Assembly (NCBI RefSeq): GCF_963921235.1
Contig: NC_086108.1
Coordinates: 1,550,001-1,614,000 of the forward strand
Reading direction: 5' to 3'
DNA from: Mobula hypostoma
Lineage: Eukaryota
Length of the DNA: 64,000 nucleotides
The notes under the pieces are model-generated. The model saw nothing but the letters and a program-made list of their open reading frames with translations. It was not told the DNA's origin and ran no database searches. Below are positions 48,101-63,100 of the stretch, in pieces (position 1 is the stretch's first letter; each line of letters starts with the position of its first letter). The translations under genes and the position numbers were made by a program.

Positions 48101-51100
48101 GCAGAGTCAGTTCAGCGCTGTGCGATGGTTGTAGATCACAGCCGCAGAGTCAGTTCAGCGCTGTGCGATGGCTGTAGATCACAGTGCGGAGTCAGTTCAG
48201 CGCTGTGCAATGGTTGTAGATCACAGTGCGGAGTCAGTTCAGCGCTGTGTGATGGTTGTAGATCACAGTGCGCAGTCAGTTCAGCGCTGTGCGATGGCTG
48301 TAGATCACAGCCGCAGAGTCAGTTCAGCGCTGTGCGATGGTCGTAGATCACAGTGCGGAGTCAGTTCAGCGCTGTGCGATGGTTGTAGATCACAGCCGCA
48401 GAGTCAGTTCAGCGCTGTGCGATGGTCGTAGATCACAGTGCGGAGTCAGTTCAGCGCTGTGCGATGGTTGTAGATCACAGTGCGGAGTCAGTTCAGCGCT
48501 GTGCGATGGTTGTAGATCACAGCCGCAGAGTCAGTTCAGCGCTGTGCGATGGCTGTAGATCACAGTGTGTAGTCAGTTCAGCGCTGTGCGATGGTTGTAG
48601 ATCACAGTGCGGAGTCAGTTCAGCGCTGTGTGATGGTTGTAGATCACAGTGTGGAGTCAGTTCAGCGCTGTGCGATGGTTGTAGATCACAGTGCGGAGTC
48701 AGTTCAGCGCTGTGCGATGGTTGTAGATCACAGTGCGGAGTCAGTTCAGCGCTGTGTGATGGTTGTAGATCACAGTGCGGAGTCAGTTCAGCGCTGTGCG
48801 ATGATTGTAGATCACAGCCGCAGAGTCAGTTCAGCGCTGTGCGATGGTTGTAGATCACAGCCGCAGAGTCAGTTCAGCGCTGTGCGATGGCTGTAGATCA
48901 CAGTGCGGAGTCAGTTCAGCGCTGTGCGATGGTTGTAGATCACAGTGCGGAGTCAGTTCAGCGCTGTGTGATGGTTGTAGATCACAGTGCGGAGACAGTT
49001 CAGCGCTGTGCGATGGCTGTAGATCACAGCCGCAGAGTCAGTTTAGCGCTGTGCGATGGTCGTAGATCACAGTGCGGAGTCAGTTCAGCGCTGTGCGATG
49101 GTTGTAGATCACAGTGCGGAGTCAGTTCAGCGCTGTGCGATGGTTGTAGATCACAGTGCGGAGTCAGTTCAGCGCTGTGCGATGGTTGTAGATCACAGTG
49201 CGGAGTCAGTTCAGCGCTGTGCGATGGTTGTAGATCACAGTGCAGAGTCTGTTCAGCGCTGTGCGATGGTCGTAGATCACAGTGCGGAGTCAGTTCAGCG
49301 CTGTGCGATGGTTGTAGATCACAGTGCGGAGTCAGTTCAGCGCTGTGCGATGGTTGTAGATCACAGTGCGGAGTCAGTTCAGCGCTGTGCGATGGTTGTA
49401 GATCACAGTGCAGAGTCAGTTCAGCGCTGTGCGATGGTTGTAGATCACAGTGCGGAGTCAGTTCAGCGCTGTGCGATGCTTGTAGATCACAGTGCGGAGT
49501 CAGTTCAGCGCTGTGCGATAGTTCTAGATCACAGTGCGGAGTCAGTTCAGCGCTGTGTGATGGTTGTAGATCACAGTGCGGAGTCAGTTCAGCGCTGTGC
49601 GATGGTTGTAGATCACAGCCGCAGAGTCAGTTCAGCGCTGTGCGATGGCTGTTGATCACAGTGTGGAGTCAGTTCAGCGCTGTGCAATGGTTGTAGATCA
49701 CAGTGCGGAGTCAGTTCAGCGCTGTGTGATGGCTGTAGATCACAGTGTGTAGTCAGTTCAGCGCTGTGCGATGGTCGTAGATCACAGTGTGTAGTCAGTT
49801 CAGCGCTGTGTGATGGTTGTAGATCACATTGCGGAGTCAGTTCAGCGCTGTGCGATAGTTGCAGATCACAGTGCGGAGTCAGTTCAGCGCTGTGTGATGG
49901 TTGTAGATCACAGTGCGGAGTCAGTTCAGCGCTGTGCGATGGTTGTAGATCACAGCCGCAGAGTCAGTTCAGCGCTGTGCGATGGTTGTAGATCACAGCC
50001 GCAGAGTCAGTTCAGCGCTGTGCGATGGCTGTAGATCACAGTGCGGAGTCAGTTCAGCGCTGTGCAACGGTTGTAGATCACAGTGCGGAGTCAGTTCAGC
50101 GCTGTGTGATGGTTGTAGATCACAGTGCGGAGACGGTTCAGCGCTGTGCGATGGCTGTAGATCACAGCCGCAGAGTCAGTTCAGCGCTGTGCGATGGTCG
50201 TAGATCACAGTGCGGAGTCAGTTCAGCGCTGTGCGATGGTTGTAGATCACAGCCGCAGAGTCAGTTCAGCGCTGTGCGATGGTTGTAGATCACAGTGCGG
50301 AGTCAGTTCAGCGCTGTGCGATGGTTGTAGATCACAGTGCGGAGTCAGTTCAGCGTTGTGTGATGGTTGTAGATCACAGTGCGGAGTCAGTTCAGCGCTG
50401 TGCGATGGTTGTAGATCACAGTGCGGAGTCAGTTCAGCGCTGTGCGATGGCTGTAGATCACAGTGCGGAGTCAGTTCAGCGCTGTGCGATGGTTGTAGAT
50501 CACAGTGCGGAGTCAGTTCAGCGCTGTGCGATGGTCGTAGATCACAGTGCGGAGTCAGTTCAGCGCTGTGCAATGGTTGTAGATCACAGTGCGGAGTCAG
50601 TTCAGCGCTGTGCGATGGTTGTAGATCACAGTGCAGAGTCAGTTCAGCGCTGTGCGATGGTTGTAGATCACAGTGCGGAGTCAGTTCAGCGCTGTGCGAT
50701 GGTTGTAGATCACAGTGCAGAGTCAGTTCAGCGCTGTGCGATGGTTGTAGATCACAGTGCGGAGTCAGTTCAGCGCTGTGCGATGGTCGTAGATCATAGT
50801 GCAGAGTCTGTTCAGCGCTGTGCGATGGTCGTAGATCACAGTACGGAGTCAGTTCAGCGCTGTGCGATGGCTGTAGATCACAGTGTGGAGTCAGTTCAGC
50901 GCTGTGCGATGGTTGTAGATCACAGTGCGGAGTCAGTTCAGCGCTGTGTGATGGTTGTAGATCACAGTGTGGAGTCAGTTCAGCGCTTTGCGATGGTTGT
51001 AGATCACAGTGTGGAGTCAGTTCAGCGCTGTGCGATGGTTGTAGATCACAGTGCGGAGTCAGTTCAGCGCTGTGCGATGGCTGTAGATCACAGTGTGGAG

Positions 51101-54100
51101 TCAGTTCAGCGCTGTGCGATGGTTGTAGATCACAGTGCGGAGTCAGTTCAGCGCTGTGTGATGGTTGTAGATCACAGTGTGTAGTCAGTTCAGCGCTGTG
51201 CGATGGTTGTAGATCACAGTGCGGAGTCAGTTCAGCGCTGTGCGATGGTTGTAGATCACAGTGCGGAGTCAGTTCAGCGCTGTGCGATGGTTGTAGATCA
51301 CAGCCGCAGAGTCAGTTCAGCGCTGTGCGATGGCTGTAGATCACAGTGTGTGGTCAGTTCAGCGCTGTGCAATGGTTGTAGATCACAGTGCGGAGTCAGT
51401 TCAGCGCTGTGTGATGGCTGTAGATCACAGTGTGTAGTCAGTTCAGCGCTGTGTGATGGTTGTAGATCACAGTGCGGAGTCAGTTCAGCGCTGTGCGATG
51501 GTTGTAGATCACAGTGCGGAGTCAGTTCAGCGCTGTGCGATGGTTGTAGATCACAGTGCGGAGTCAGTTCAGCACTGTGCGATGGTTGTAGATCACAGTG
51601 CGGAGTCAGTTCAGCGCTGTGCGATGGTTGTAGATCACAGTGCGGAGTCAGTTCAGCGCTGTGCGATGGTTGTAGATCACAGTGCGGAGTCAGTTCAGCG
51701 CTGTGCGATGGTCGTAGATCACAGTGCAGAGTCAGTTCAGCGCTGTGCGATGGTTGTAGATCACAGTGCGGAGTCAGTTCAGCGCTGTGCGATGGCTGTT
51801 GATCACAGTGTGGAGTCAGTTCAGCGCTGTGTGATGGTTGTAGATCACAGTGCGGAGTCAGTTCAGCGCTGTGCGATGGTTGTAGATCACAGTGTGGAGT
51901 CAGTTCAGCGCTGTGCGATGGTTGTAGATCACAGTGCGGAGTCAGTTCAGCGCTGTGCGATGGTTGTAGATCACAGTGCGGAGTCAGTTCAGCGCTGTGC
52001 GATGGTTGTAGATCACAGTGCGGAGTCAGTTCAGCGCTGTGCGATGGTTGTAGATCACAGTGCGGAGTCAGTTCAGCGCTGTGTGATGGTTGTAGATCAC
52101 AGTGCGGAGTCAGTTCAGCGCTGTGCGATGGTTGTAGATCACAGTGCGGAGTCAGTTCAGCGCTGTGCGATGGTTGTAGATCACAGTGCAGAGTCAGTTC
52201 AGCGCTGTGCGATGGTTGTAGATCACAGTGCGGAGTCAGTTCAGCGCTGTGCGATGGTTGTAGATCACAGTGTGGAGTCAGTTCAGCGCTGTGCGATGGT
52301 TGTAGATCACAGTGCGGAGTCAGTTCAGCGCTGTGTGATGGTTGTAGATCACAGTGTGTAGTCAGTTCAGCGCTGTGCGATGGTTGTAGATCACAGTGTG
52401 GAGTCAGTTCAGCGCTGTGCGATGGTTGTAGATCACAGTGCGGAGTCAGTTCAGCGCTGTGCGATGGCTGTTGATCACAGTGTGGAGTCAGTTCAGCGCT
52501 GTGCGATGGTTGTAGATCACAGTGCGGAGTCAGTTCAGCGCTGTGTGATGGTTGTAGATCACAGTGTGGAGTCAGTTCAGCGCTGTGCGATGGTTGTAGA
52601 TCACAGTGTGGAGTCAGTTCAGCGCTGTGCGATGGTTGTAGATCACAGTGCGGAGTCAGTTCAGCGCTGTGCGATGGTTGTAGATCACAGCCGCAGAGTC
52701 AGTTCAGCGCTGTGCGATGGCTGTAGATCACAGTGTGTAGTCAGTTCAGCGCTGTGCGATGGTTGTAGATCACAGTGCGGAGTCAGTTCAGCGTTGTGCG
52801 ATGGTTGTAGATCACAGTGCGGAGTCAGTTCAGCGCTGTGCGATGGTTGTAGATCACAGTGCGGAGTCAGTTCAGCACTGTGCGATGGTTGTAGATCACA
52901 GTGCGGAGTCAGTTCAGCGCTGTGCGATGGTTGTAGATCACAGCCGCAGAGTCAGTTCAGCGCTGTGCGATGGTTGTAGATCACAGTGCGGAGTCAGTTC
53001 AGCGCTGTGCGATGGTTGTAGATCACAGCCGCAGAGTCAGTTCAGCGCTGTGCGATGGCTGTTGATCACAGTGTGGAGTCAGTTCAGCGCTGTGCGATGG
53101 CTGTTGATCACAGCTGGGAGTCAGTTCAGCACTGTGCGATGGTTGTAGATCACAGTGCGGAGTCAGTTCAGCGCTGTGTGATGGTTGTAGATCACAGTGC
53201 GGAGTCAGTTCAGCGCTGTGCGATGGTTGTAGATCACAGTGCAGAGTCAGTTCAGCGCTGTGCGATGGTTGTAGATCACAGTGCGGAGTCAGTTCAGCGC
53301 TGTGCGATGGTTGTAGATCACAGTGCGGAGTCAGTTCAGCGCTGTGCGATGGTTGTAGATCACAGTGCGGAGTCAGTTCAGCGCTGTGCGATGGTTGTAG
53401 ATCACAGCCGCAGTGTCAGTTCAGCGCTGTGCGATGGTTGTAGATCACAGTCACAGAGTCAGTTCAGCGCTGTGCGATGGTTGTAGATCACAGTCGCAGA
53501 GTCAGTTCAGCGCTGTGCGATGGTTGTAGATCACAGTGTGGAGTCAGTTCAGCGCTGTGCGATGGTTGTAGATCACAGTCGCGGAGTCAGTTCAGCACTG
53601 TGCGATGGTTGTAGATCACAGTGCGGAGTCAGTTCAGCGCTGTGCGATGGTTGTAGATCACAGTGTGGAGTCAGTTCAGCGCTGTGCGATGGTTGTAGAT
53701 CACAGTGCGGAGTCAGTTCAGAGCTGTGCGATGGTTGTGGATCACAGTGTGGAGTCAGTTCAGCGCTGTGCGATGGTCGTAGATCACAGTGCGGAGTCAG
53801 TTCAGCGCTGTGCGATGGTTGTAGATCACAGTGCGGAGTCAGTTCAGCGCTGTGCGATGGTTGTAGATCACAGTGCGGAGTCAGTTCAGCGCTGTGCGAT
53901 GGTCGTAGATCACAGTGCGGAGTCAGTTCAGCGCTGTGCGATGGTTGTAGATCACAGTGCGGAGTCAGTTCAGCGCTGTGCGATGGTCGTAGATCACAGT
54001 GCGGAGTCAGTTCAGCGCTGTGCGATGGTTGTAGATCACAGTGCGGAGTCAGTTCAGCGCTGTGCGATGGTTGTAGATCACAGTGCGGAGTCAGTTCAGC

Positions 54101-57100
54101 GCTGTGCGATGGTTGTAGATCACAGTGCGGAGTCAGTTCAGCGCTGTGCGATGGTTGTAGATCACAGCCGCAGAGTCAGTTCAGCGCTGTGCGATGGTTG
54201 AAGATCACAGTGCGGATTCAGTTCTGCGCTGTGCGATGGTTGTAGATCACAGCCGCAGAGTCAGTTCAGCGCTGTGCGATGGTTGTAGATCACAGTGCGG
54301 AGTCAGTTCAGCGCTGTGCGATGGTTGTAGATCACAGTGCGGAGTCAGTTCAGCGCTGTGCGATGGTTGTAGATCACAGTGCGGAGTCAGTTCAGCGCTG
54401 TGCGATGGTTGTAGATCACAGTGCGGAGTCAGTTCAGCGCTGTGCGATGGTTGTAGATCACAGTGCGGAGTCAGTTCAGCGCTGTGCGATGGTCGTAGAT
54501 CACAGTGCGGAGTCAGTTCAGCGCTGTGCGATGGTTGTAGATCACAGTGCGGAGTCAGTTCAGCGCTGTGCGATGGTTGTAGATCACAGTGCGGAGTCAG
54601 TTCAGCGCTGTGCGATGGTTGTAGATCACAGTGCGGAGTCAGTTCAGCGCTGTGCGATGGTTGTAGATCACAGCCGCAGAGTCAGTTCAGCGCTGTGCGA
54701 TGGTTGTAGATCACAGCCGCAGAGTCAGTTCAGCGCTGTGCGATGGTTGTAGATCACAGCCGCAAAGTCAGTTCAGCGCTGTGCGATGGTTGTAGATCAC
54801 AGCTGGGAGTCAGTTCAGCACTGTGTGATGGTTGTAGATCACAGTGCGGAGTCAGTTCAGCGCTGTGCGATGGTTGTAGATCACAGTGCGGAGTCAGTTC
54901 AGCGCTGTGCGATGTTGTAGATCACAGTGCGGAGTCAGTTCAGCGCTGTGCGATGGTTGTAGATCACAGTCGCGGAGTCAGTTCAGCGCTGTGCGATGGT
55001 CGTAGATCACAGTGCGGAGTCAGTTCAGCGCTGTGCGATGGTCGTAGATCACAGTGCGGAGTCAGTTCAGCGCTGTGCGATGGTCGTAGATCACAGTGCG
55101 GAGTCAGTTCAGCGCTGTGCGATGGTTGTAGATCACAGTGCGGAGTCAGTTCAGCGCTGTGCGATGGTTGTAGATCACAGTGCGGAGTCAGTTCAGCACT
55201 GTGCGATGGTTGTAGATCACAGTGCGGAGTCAGTTCAGCGCTGTGCGATGGTTGTAGATCACAGCCGCAGAGTCAGTTCAGCGCTGTGCGATGGACGTTG
55301 ATCACAGTTCGGAGTCAGTTCAGCGCTGTGCGATGGTTGTAGATCACAGCCGCAGTGTCAGTTCAGCGCTGTGCGATGGCTGTTGATCACAGTGTGGAGT
55401 CAGTTCAGCGCTGTGCGATGGCTGTTGATCACAGCTGGGAGTCAGTTCAGCACTGTGCGATGGTTGTAGATCACAGTGCGGAGACAGTTCAGCTCTGTGT
55501 GATGGTTGTAGATCACAGTGCGGAGTCAGTTCAGCGCTGTGCGATGTTGTAGATCACAGTGCGGAGTCAGTTCAGCGCTGTGCGATGGTTGTAGATCACA
55601 GTGTGGAGTCAGTTCAGCGCTGTGCGATGGTCGTAGATCACAGTGCGGAGTCAGTTCAGCGCTGTGCGATGGTCGTAGATCACAGTGCGGAGTCAGTTCA
55701 GCGCTGTGCGATGGTCGTAGATCACAGTGCGGAGTCAGTTCAGCGCTGTGCGATGGTTGTAGATCACAGTGCGGAGTCAGTTCAGCGCTGTGCGATGGTC
55801 GTAGATCACAGTGCGGAGTCAGTTCAGCGCTGTGCGATGGTTGTAGATCACAGTGCAGAGTCAGTTCAGCGCTGTGCGATGGTTGTAGATCACAGTGCGG
55901 AGTCAGTTCAGCGCTGTGTGATGGTTGTAGATCACAGTGCGGAGTCAGTTCAGCGCTGTGCGATGGTTGTAGATCACAGCCGCAGAGTCAGTTCAGCGCT
56001 GTGCGATGGTTGTAGATCACAGTGCGGAGTCAGTTCAGCGCTGTGCAATGGTTGTAGATCACAGTGCGGAGTCAGTTCAGCGCTGTGCGATGGTTGTAGA
56101 TCACAGTGCGGAGTCAGTTCAGCGCTGTGCGATGGTTGTAGATCACAGTGCGGAGTCAGTTCAGCGCTGTGCGATGGTTGTAGATCACAGTGCGGAGTCA
56201 GTTCAGCGCTGTGCGATGGTTGTAGATCACAGCCGCAGAGTCAGTTCAGCGCTGTGCGATGGTTGTAGATCACAGTGCGGAGTCAGTTCAGCGCTGTGCG
56301 ATGGTTGTAGATCACAGCCGCAGAGTCAGTTCAGCGCTGTGCGATGGCTGTAGATCACAGTGTGTAGTCAGTTCAGCGCTGTGCGATGGTTGTAGATCAC
56401 AGTGCGGAGTCAGTTCAGCGCTGTGCGATGGTTGTAGATCACAGTGCGGAGTCAGTTCAGCGCTGTGTGATGGTTGTAGATCACAGTGCGGAGTCAGTTC
56501 AGCGCTGTGCGATGTTGTAGATCACAGTGCGGAGTCAGTTCAGCGCTGTGCGATGGTAGTAGATCACAGTCGTGGAGTCAGTTCAGCGCTGTGCGATGGT
56601 TGTAGATCACAGTGCGGAGTCAGTTCAGCGCTGTGCGATGGTTGTAGATCACAGTGCGGAGTCAGTTCAGCGCTGTGCGATGGTCGTAGATCACAGTGCG
56701 GAGTCAGTTCAGCGCTGTGCGATGGTCGTAGATCACAGTGCGGAGTCAGTTCAGCGCTGTGCGATGGTCGTAGATCACAGTGCGGAGTCAGTTCAGCACT
56801 GTGCAATGTCCGTTGTTCACAGTGCGGAGTCAGTTCAGCGCTGTGCGATGGCTGTAGATCACAGTGCGGAGTCAGTTCAGCGCTGTGCGATGGTTGTAGA
56901 TCACAGCCGCAGAGTCAGTTCAGCGCTGTGCGATGGTCGTAGATCACAGTGCAGAGTCAGTTCAGCGCTGTGCGATGGTTGTAGATCACAGTGCGGAGTC
57001 AGTTCAGCGCTGTGCGATGGTTGTAGATCACAGTGCGGAGTCAGTTCAGCGCTGTGCGATGGTTGTAGATCACAGTGCGGAGTCAGTTCAGCGCTGTGCG

Positions 57101-60100
57101 ATGGTTGTAGATCACAGTGCGGAGTCAGTTCAGCGCTGTGCGATGGTCGTAGATCACAGCCGCAGAGTCAGTTCAGCGCTGTGCGATGGTTGTAGATCAC
57201 AGTGCGGAGTCAGTTCAGCGCTGTGCGATGGTTGTAGATCACAGTGCGGAGTCAGTTCAGCGCTGTGCGATGGTTGTAGATCACAGTGCGGAGTCAGTTC
57301 AGCGCTGTGCGATGGTTGTAGATCACAGTGCGGAGTCAGTTCAGCGCTGTGCGATGGTTGTAGATCACAGTGTGGAGTCAGTTCAGCGCTGTGCGATGGT
57401 TGTAGATCACAGTGCGGAGTCAGTTCAGCGCTGTGCGATGGTTGTAGATCACAGTGCAGAGTCAGTTCAGCGCTGTGCAATGTTGTAGATCACAGTGTGG
57501 AGTCAGTTCAGCGCAGTGCGATGGTTGTAGATCACAGTGTGGAGTCAGTTCAGCGCAGTGCGATGGTTGTAGATCACAGCCGCAGAGTCAGTTCAGCGCT
57601 GTGCGATGGTTGTAGATCACAGCCGCAGAGTCAGTTCAGCGCTGTGCGATGGCTGTAGATCACAGTGCGGAGTCAGTTCAGCGCTGTGCAATGGTTGTAG
57701 ATCACAGTGCGGAGTCAGTTCAGCGCTGTGTGATGGTTGTAGATCACAGTGCGGAGTTAGTTCAGCGCTGTGCGATGGCTGTAGATCACAGCCGCAGAGT
57801 CAGTTCAGCGCTGTGCGATGGTCGTAGATCACAGTGCGGAGTCAGTTCAGCGCTGTGCGATGGTTGTAGATCACAGTGCAGAGTCAGTTCAGCGCTGTGC
57901 GATGGTTGTAGATCACAGTGCGGAGTCAGTTCAGCGCTGTGCGATGGTCGTAGATCACAGTGCGGAGTCAGTTCAGCGCTGTGCGATGGTTGTAGATCAC
58001 AGTGCGGAGTCAGTTCAGCGCTGTGCGATGGTTGTAGATCACAGCCGCAGAGTCAGTTCAGCGCTGTGCGATGGTTGTAGATCACAGTCGCAGAGTTAGT
58101 TCAGCGCTGTGTGATTGTTGTAGATCACAGTGTGGAGTCAGTTCAGCATTGTGCGATGGTTGTAGATCACAGTGCGGAGACAGTTCAGCGCTGTGCGATG
58201 GTTGTAGATCACAGTGCGGAGTCAGTTCAGCGCTGTGCGATGGTTGTAGATCACAGTGCGGAGTCAGTTCAGCGCTGTGCGATGGTTGTAGATCACAGTG
58301 CGGAGTCAGTTCAGCGCTGTGCGATGGTCGTAGATCACAGTGCGGAGTCAGTTCAGCGCTGTGCGATGGTTGTAGATCACAGTGCGGAGTCAGTTCAGCG
58401 CTGTGCGATGGTCGTAGATCACAGTGCGGAGTCAGTTCAGCGCTGTGCGATGGTCGTAGATCACAGTGCGGAGTCAGTTCAGCGCTGTGCGATGGTCGTA
58501 GATCACAGTGCGGAGTCAGTTCAGCGCTGTGCGATGGTTGTAGATCACAGTGCGGAGTCAGTTCAGCGCTGTGCGATGGCTGTAGATCACAGTGCGGAGT
58601 CAGTTCAGCGCTGTGCGATGGTTGTAGATCACAGCCGCAGAGTCAGTTCAGCGCTGTGCGATGGCCGTTGATCACAGTTCGGAGTCAGTTCAGCGCTGTG
58701 CGATGGTTGTAGATCACAGCCGCAGTGTCAGTTCAGCGCTGTGCGATGGCTGTTGATCACAGCTGGGAGTCAGTTCAGCACTGTGCGATGGTTGTAGATC
58801 ACAGTGCGGAGACAGTTCAGCTCTGTGTGATGGTTGTAGATCACAGTGCGGAGTCAGTTCAGCGCTGTGCGATGTTGTAGATCACAGTGCGGAGTCAGTT
58901 CAGCGCTGTGCGATGGTTGTAGATCACAGTGTGGAGTCAGTTCAGCGCTGTGCGATGGTTGTAGATCACAGTGCGGAGTCAGTTCAGCGCTGTGCGATGG
59001 TTGTAGATCACAGTGCGGAGTCAGTTCAGCGCTGTGCGATGGTTGTAGATCACAGTGCGGAGTCAGTTCAGCGCTGTGCGATGGTTGTAGATCACAGTGC
59101 GGAGTCAGTTCAGCGCTGTGCGATGGTTGTAGATCACAGTGCAGAGTCAGTTCAGCGCTGTGCGATGGTTGTAGATCACAGTGCGGAGTCAGTTCAGCGC
59201 TGTGCGATGGTTGTAGATCACAGTGCGGAGTCAGTTCAGCGCTGTGCGATGGTTGTAGATCACAGTGCGGAGTCAGTTCAGCGCTGTGCAATCGTTGTAG
59301 ATCACAGTGCGGAGTCAGTTCAGTGCTGTGCGATGGTTGTAGATCACAGTGCGGAGTCAGTTCAGCGCTGTGCGATGGTTGTAGATCACAGTGCGGAGTC
59401 AGTTCAGCGCTGTGCAATCGTTGTAGATCACAGTGCGGAGACAGTTCAGCGCTGTGCGATGGTTGTAGATCACAGTGCGGAGTCAGTTCAGCGCTGTGCG
59501 ATGGTTGTAGATCACAGTGCGGAGTCAGTTCAGCGCTGTGCAATGGTTGTAGATCACAGTGCGGAGTCAGTTCAGCGCTGTGCGATGGTTGTAGATCACA
59601 GTGCGGAGTCAGTTCAGCGCTGTGCGATGGTTGTAGATCACAGTGTGGAGTCAGTTCAGCGCTGTGCGATGGTTGTAGATCACAGTGTGGAGTCAGTTCA
59701 GCGCTGTGCGATGGTTGTAGATCACAGTGCGGAGTCAGTTCAGCGCTGTGTGATGGTTGTAGATCACAGTGTGTAGTCAGTTCAGCGCTGTGCGATGGTC
59801 GTAGATCACAGTGTGTAGTCAGTTCAGCGCTGTGTGATGGTTGTAGATCACAGTGCGGAGTCAGTTCAGCGCTGTGCGATGGTTGTAGATCACAGTGTGG
59901 AGTCAGTTCAGCGCTGTGCGATGGTTGTAGATCACAGCCGCAGAGTCAGTTCAGCGCTGTGCGATGGTTGTAGATCACAGCCGCAGAGTCAGTTCAGCGC
60001 TGTGCGATGGCTGTAGATCACAGTGCGGAGTCAGTTCAGCGCTGTGCAATGGTTGTAGATCACAGTGCGGAGTCAGTTCAGCGCTGTGCGATGGTTGTAG

Positions 60101-63100
60101 ATCACAGTGCGGAGTCAGTTCAGCGCTGTGCGATGGCTGAAGATCACAGCCGCAGAGTCAGTTCAGCGCTGTGCGATGGTCGTAGATCACAGTGCGGAGT
60201 CAGTTCAGCGCTGTGCGATGGTCGTAGATCACAGTGCAGAGTCAGTTCAGCGCTGTGCGATGGTTGTAGATCACAGTGCGGAGTCAGTTCAGCGCTGTGC
60301 GATGGTTGTAGATCACCGTGTGGAGTCAGTTCAGCACTGTGCGATGGTTGTAGATCACAGTCGCAGAGTCAGTTCAGCGCTGTGTGATGGTTGTAGATCA
60401 CAGTGTGGAGTCAGTTCAGCGCTGTGCGATGGTTGTAGATCACAGTGTGGAGTCAGTTCAGCGCTGTGCGATGGTTGTAGATCACAGTGCGGAGTCAGTT
60501 CAGCGCTGTGCGATGGTTGTAGATCACAGTGCGGAGTCAGTTCAGCGCTGTGCGATGGCTGTAGATCACAGCCGCAGAGTCAGTTCAGCGCTGTGCGATG
60601 GTCGTAGATCACAGCCGCAGAGTCAGTTCAGCGCTGTGCGATGGTTGTAGATCACAGTGCGGAGTCAGTTCAGCGCTGTGCGATGGTCGTAGATCACAGT
60701 GCAGAGTCTGTTCAGCGCTGTGCGATGGTTGTAGATCACAGTGCGGAGTCAGTTCAGCGCTGTGCGATGGTTGTAGATCACAGTGCGGAGTCAGTTCAGC
60801 GCTGTGCGATGGTTGTAGATCACAGCCGCAGAGTCAGTTCAGCGCTGTGCGATGGTTGTAGATCACAGTGCGGAGTCAGTTCAGCGCTGTGCGATGGTTG
60901 TAGATCACAGTGCAGAGTCAGTTCAGCGCTGTGCGATGGTTGTAGATCACAGTGTGGAGTCAGTTCAGCGCTGTGCGATGGTTGTAGATCACAGTTTGGA
61001 GTCAGTTCAGCGCTGTGCGATGGTTGTAGATCACAGCCGCAGAGTGAGTTCAGCGCAGTGCCATGTTCGTAGATCACAGTGCGGAGTCAGTTCAGCGCTG
61101 TGCGATGGTTGTAGATCACAGTCGCAGAGTTAGTTCAGCGCTGTGTGATTGTTGTAGATCACAGTGTGGAGTCAGTTCAGCATTGTGCGATGGTTGTAGA
61201 TCACAGCCGCAGAGTCAGTTCAGCGCTGTGCGATGGTTGTAGATCACAGTGCGGAGTCAGATCAGCGCTGTGCGATGTTTGTAGATCACCGTGTGGAGTC
61301 AGTTCAGCACTGTGCGATGGTTGTAGATCACAGTGCAGAGTCAGTTCAGCGCTGTGCGATGGTTGTAGATCACAGTGCGGAGTCAGTTCAGCGCTGTGCG
61401 ATGGTTGTAGATCACAGTGCAGAGTCAGTTCAGCGCTGTGCGATGGTTGTAGATCACAGTGCGGAGTCAGTTCAGCGCTGTGCGATGGTTGTAGATCACA
61501 GTCGCAGAGTCAGTTCAGCGCTGTGCGATGGTTGTAGATCACAGTGTGGAGTCAGTTCAGCGCTGTGCGATGGTTGTAGATCACAGTGCGGAGTCAGTTC
61601 AGCGCTGTGCGATGGTTGTAGATCACAGTGCAGAGTCAGTTCAGCGCTGTGCGATGGTTGTAGATCACAGTGCGGAGTCAGTTCAGCGCTGTGCAATGGT
61701 TGTAGATCACAGTGCGGAGTCAGTTCAGCGCTGTGCGATGGTTGTAGATCACAGTGCGGAGTCAGTTCAGCGCTGTGCGATGGTTGTAGATCACAGCCGC
61801 AGAGTCAGTTCAGCGCTGTGCGATGGTTGTAGATCACAGTGTGGAGTCAGTTCAGCGCTGTGCGATGGTTGTAGATCACAGTGCGGAGTCAGTTCAGCGC
61901 TGTGCGATGGTTGTAGATCACAGTGCGGAGTCAGTTCAGCGCTGTGCGATGGTTGTAGATCACAGTGCGGAGTCAGTTCAGCGCTGTGCGATGGTTGTAG
62001 ATCACAGTGCGGAGTCAGTTCAGCGCTGTGCGATGGTCGTAGATCACAGTGCGGAGTCAGTTCAGCGCTGTGCGATGGTCGTAGATCACAGTGCGGAGTC
62101 AGTTCAGCACTGTGAGATGGTCGTAGATCACAGTGCGGAGTCAGTTCAGCGCTGTGCGATGGTCGTAGATCACAGTGCGGAGTCAGTTCAGCGCTGTGCG
62201 ATGGTCGTAGATCACAGTGCGGAGTCAGTTCAGCGCTGTGCGATGGTTGTAGATCACAGTGCGGAGTCAGTTCAGCGCTGTGCGATGGTTGTAGATCACA
62301 GCCGCAGAGTCAGTTCAGCGCTGTGCGATGGTTGTAGATCACAGTGCGGAGTCAGTTCAGCGCTGTGTGATGGTTGTAGATCACAGTGCGGAGTCAGTTC
62401 AGCGCTGTGCGATGTTTGTAGATCACCGTGTGGAGTCAGTTCAGCACTGTGCGATGGTTGTAGATCACAGTCGCAGAGTTAGTTCAGCGCTGTGTGATGG
62501 TTGTAGATCACAGTGTGGAGTCAGTTCAGCGCAGTGCGATGGTTGTAGATCACAGTGCGGAGTCAGTTCAGCGCTGTGCGATGGTTGTAGATCACAGTGC
62601 GGAGTCAGTTCAGCGCTGTGCGATGGTTGTAGATCACAGTGCGGAGTCAGTTCAGCGCTGTGCGATGGTTGTAGATCACAGTGCGGAGTCAGTTCAGCGC
62701 TGTGCGATGGTTGTAGATCACAGCCGCAGAGTCAGTTCAGCGCTGTGCGATGGCTGTAGATCACAGTGCGGAGTCAGTTCAGCGCTGTGCAATGGTTGTA
62801 GATCACAGTGCGGAGTCAGTTCAGCGCTGTGTGATGGTTGTAGATCACAGTGCGGAGTCAGTTCAGCGCTGTGCGATGGTCGTAGATCACAGCCGCAGAG
62901 TCAGTGCAGCGCTGTGCGATGGTTGTAGATCACAGTGCGGAGTCAATTCAGCGCTGTGCGATGGTCGTAAATCATAGTGCAGAGTCTGTTCAGCACTGTG
63001 CGATGGTTGTAGATCACAGTGCGGAGTCAGTTCAGCGCTGTGCGATGGTTGTAGATCACAGTGCGGAGTCAGTTCAGCGCTGTGCGATGGTTGTAGATCA

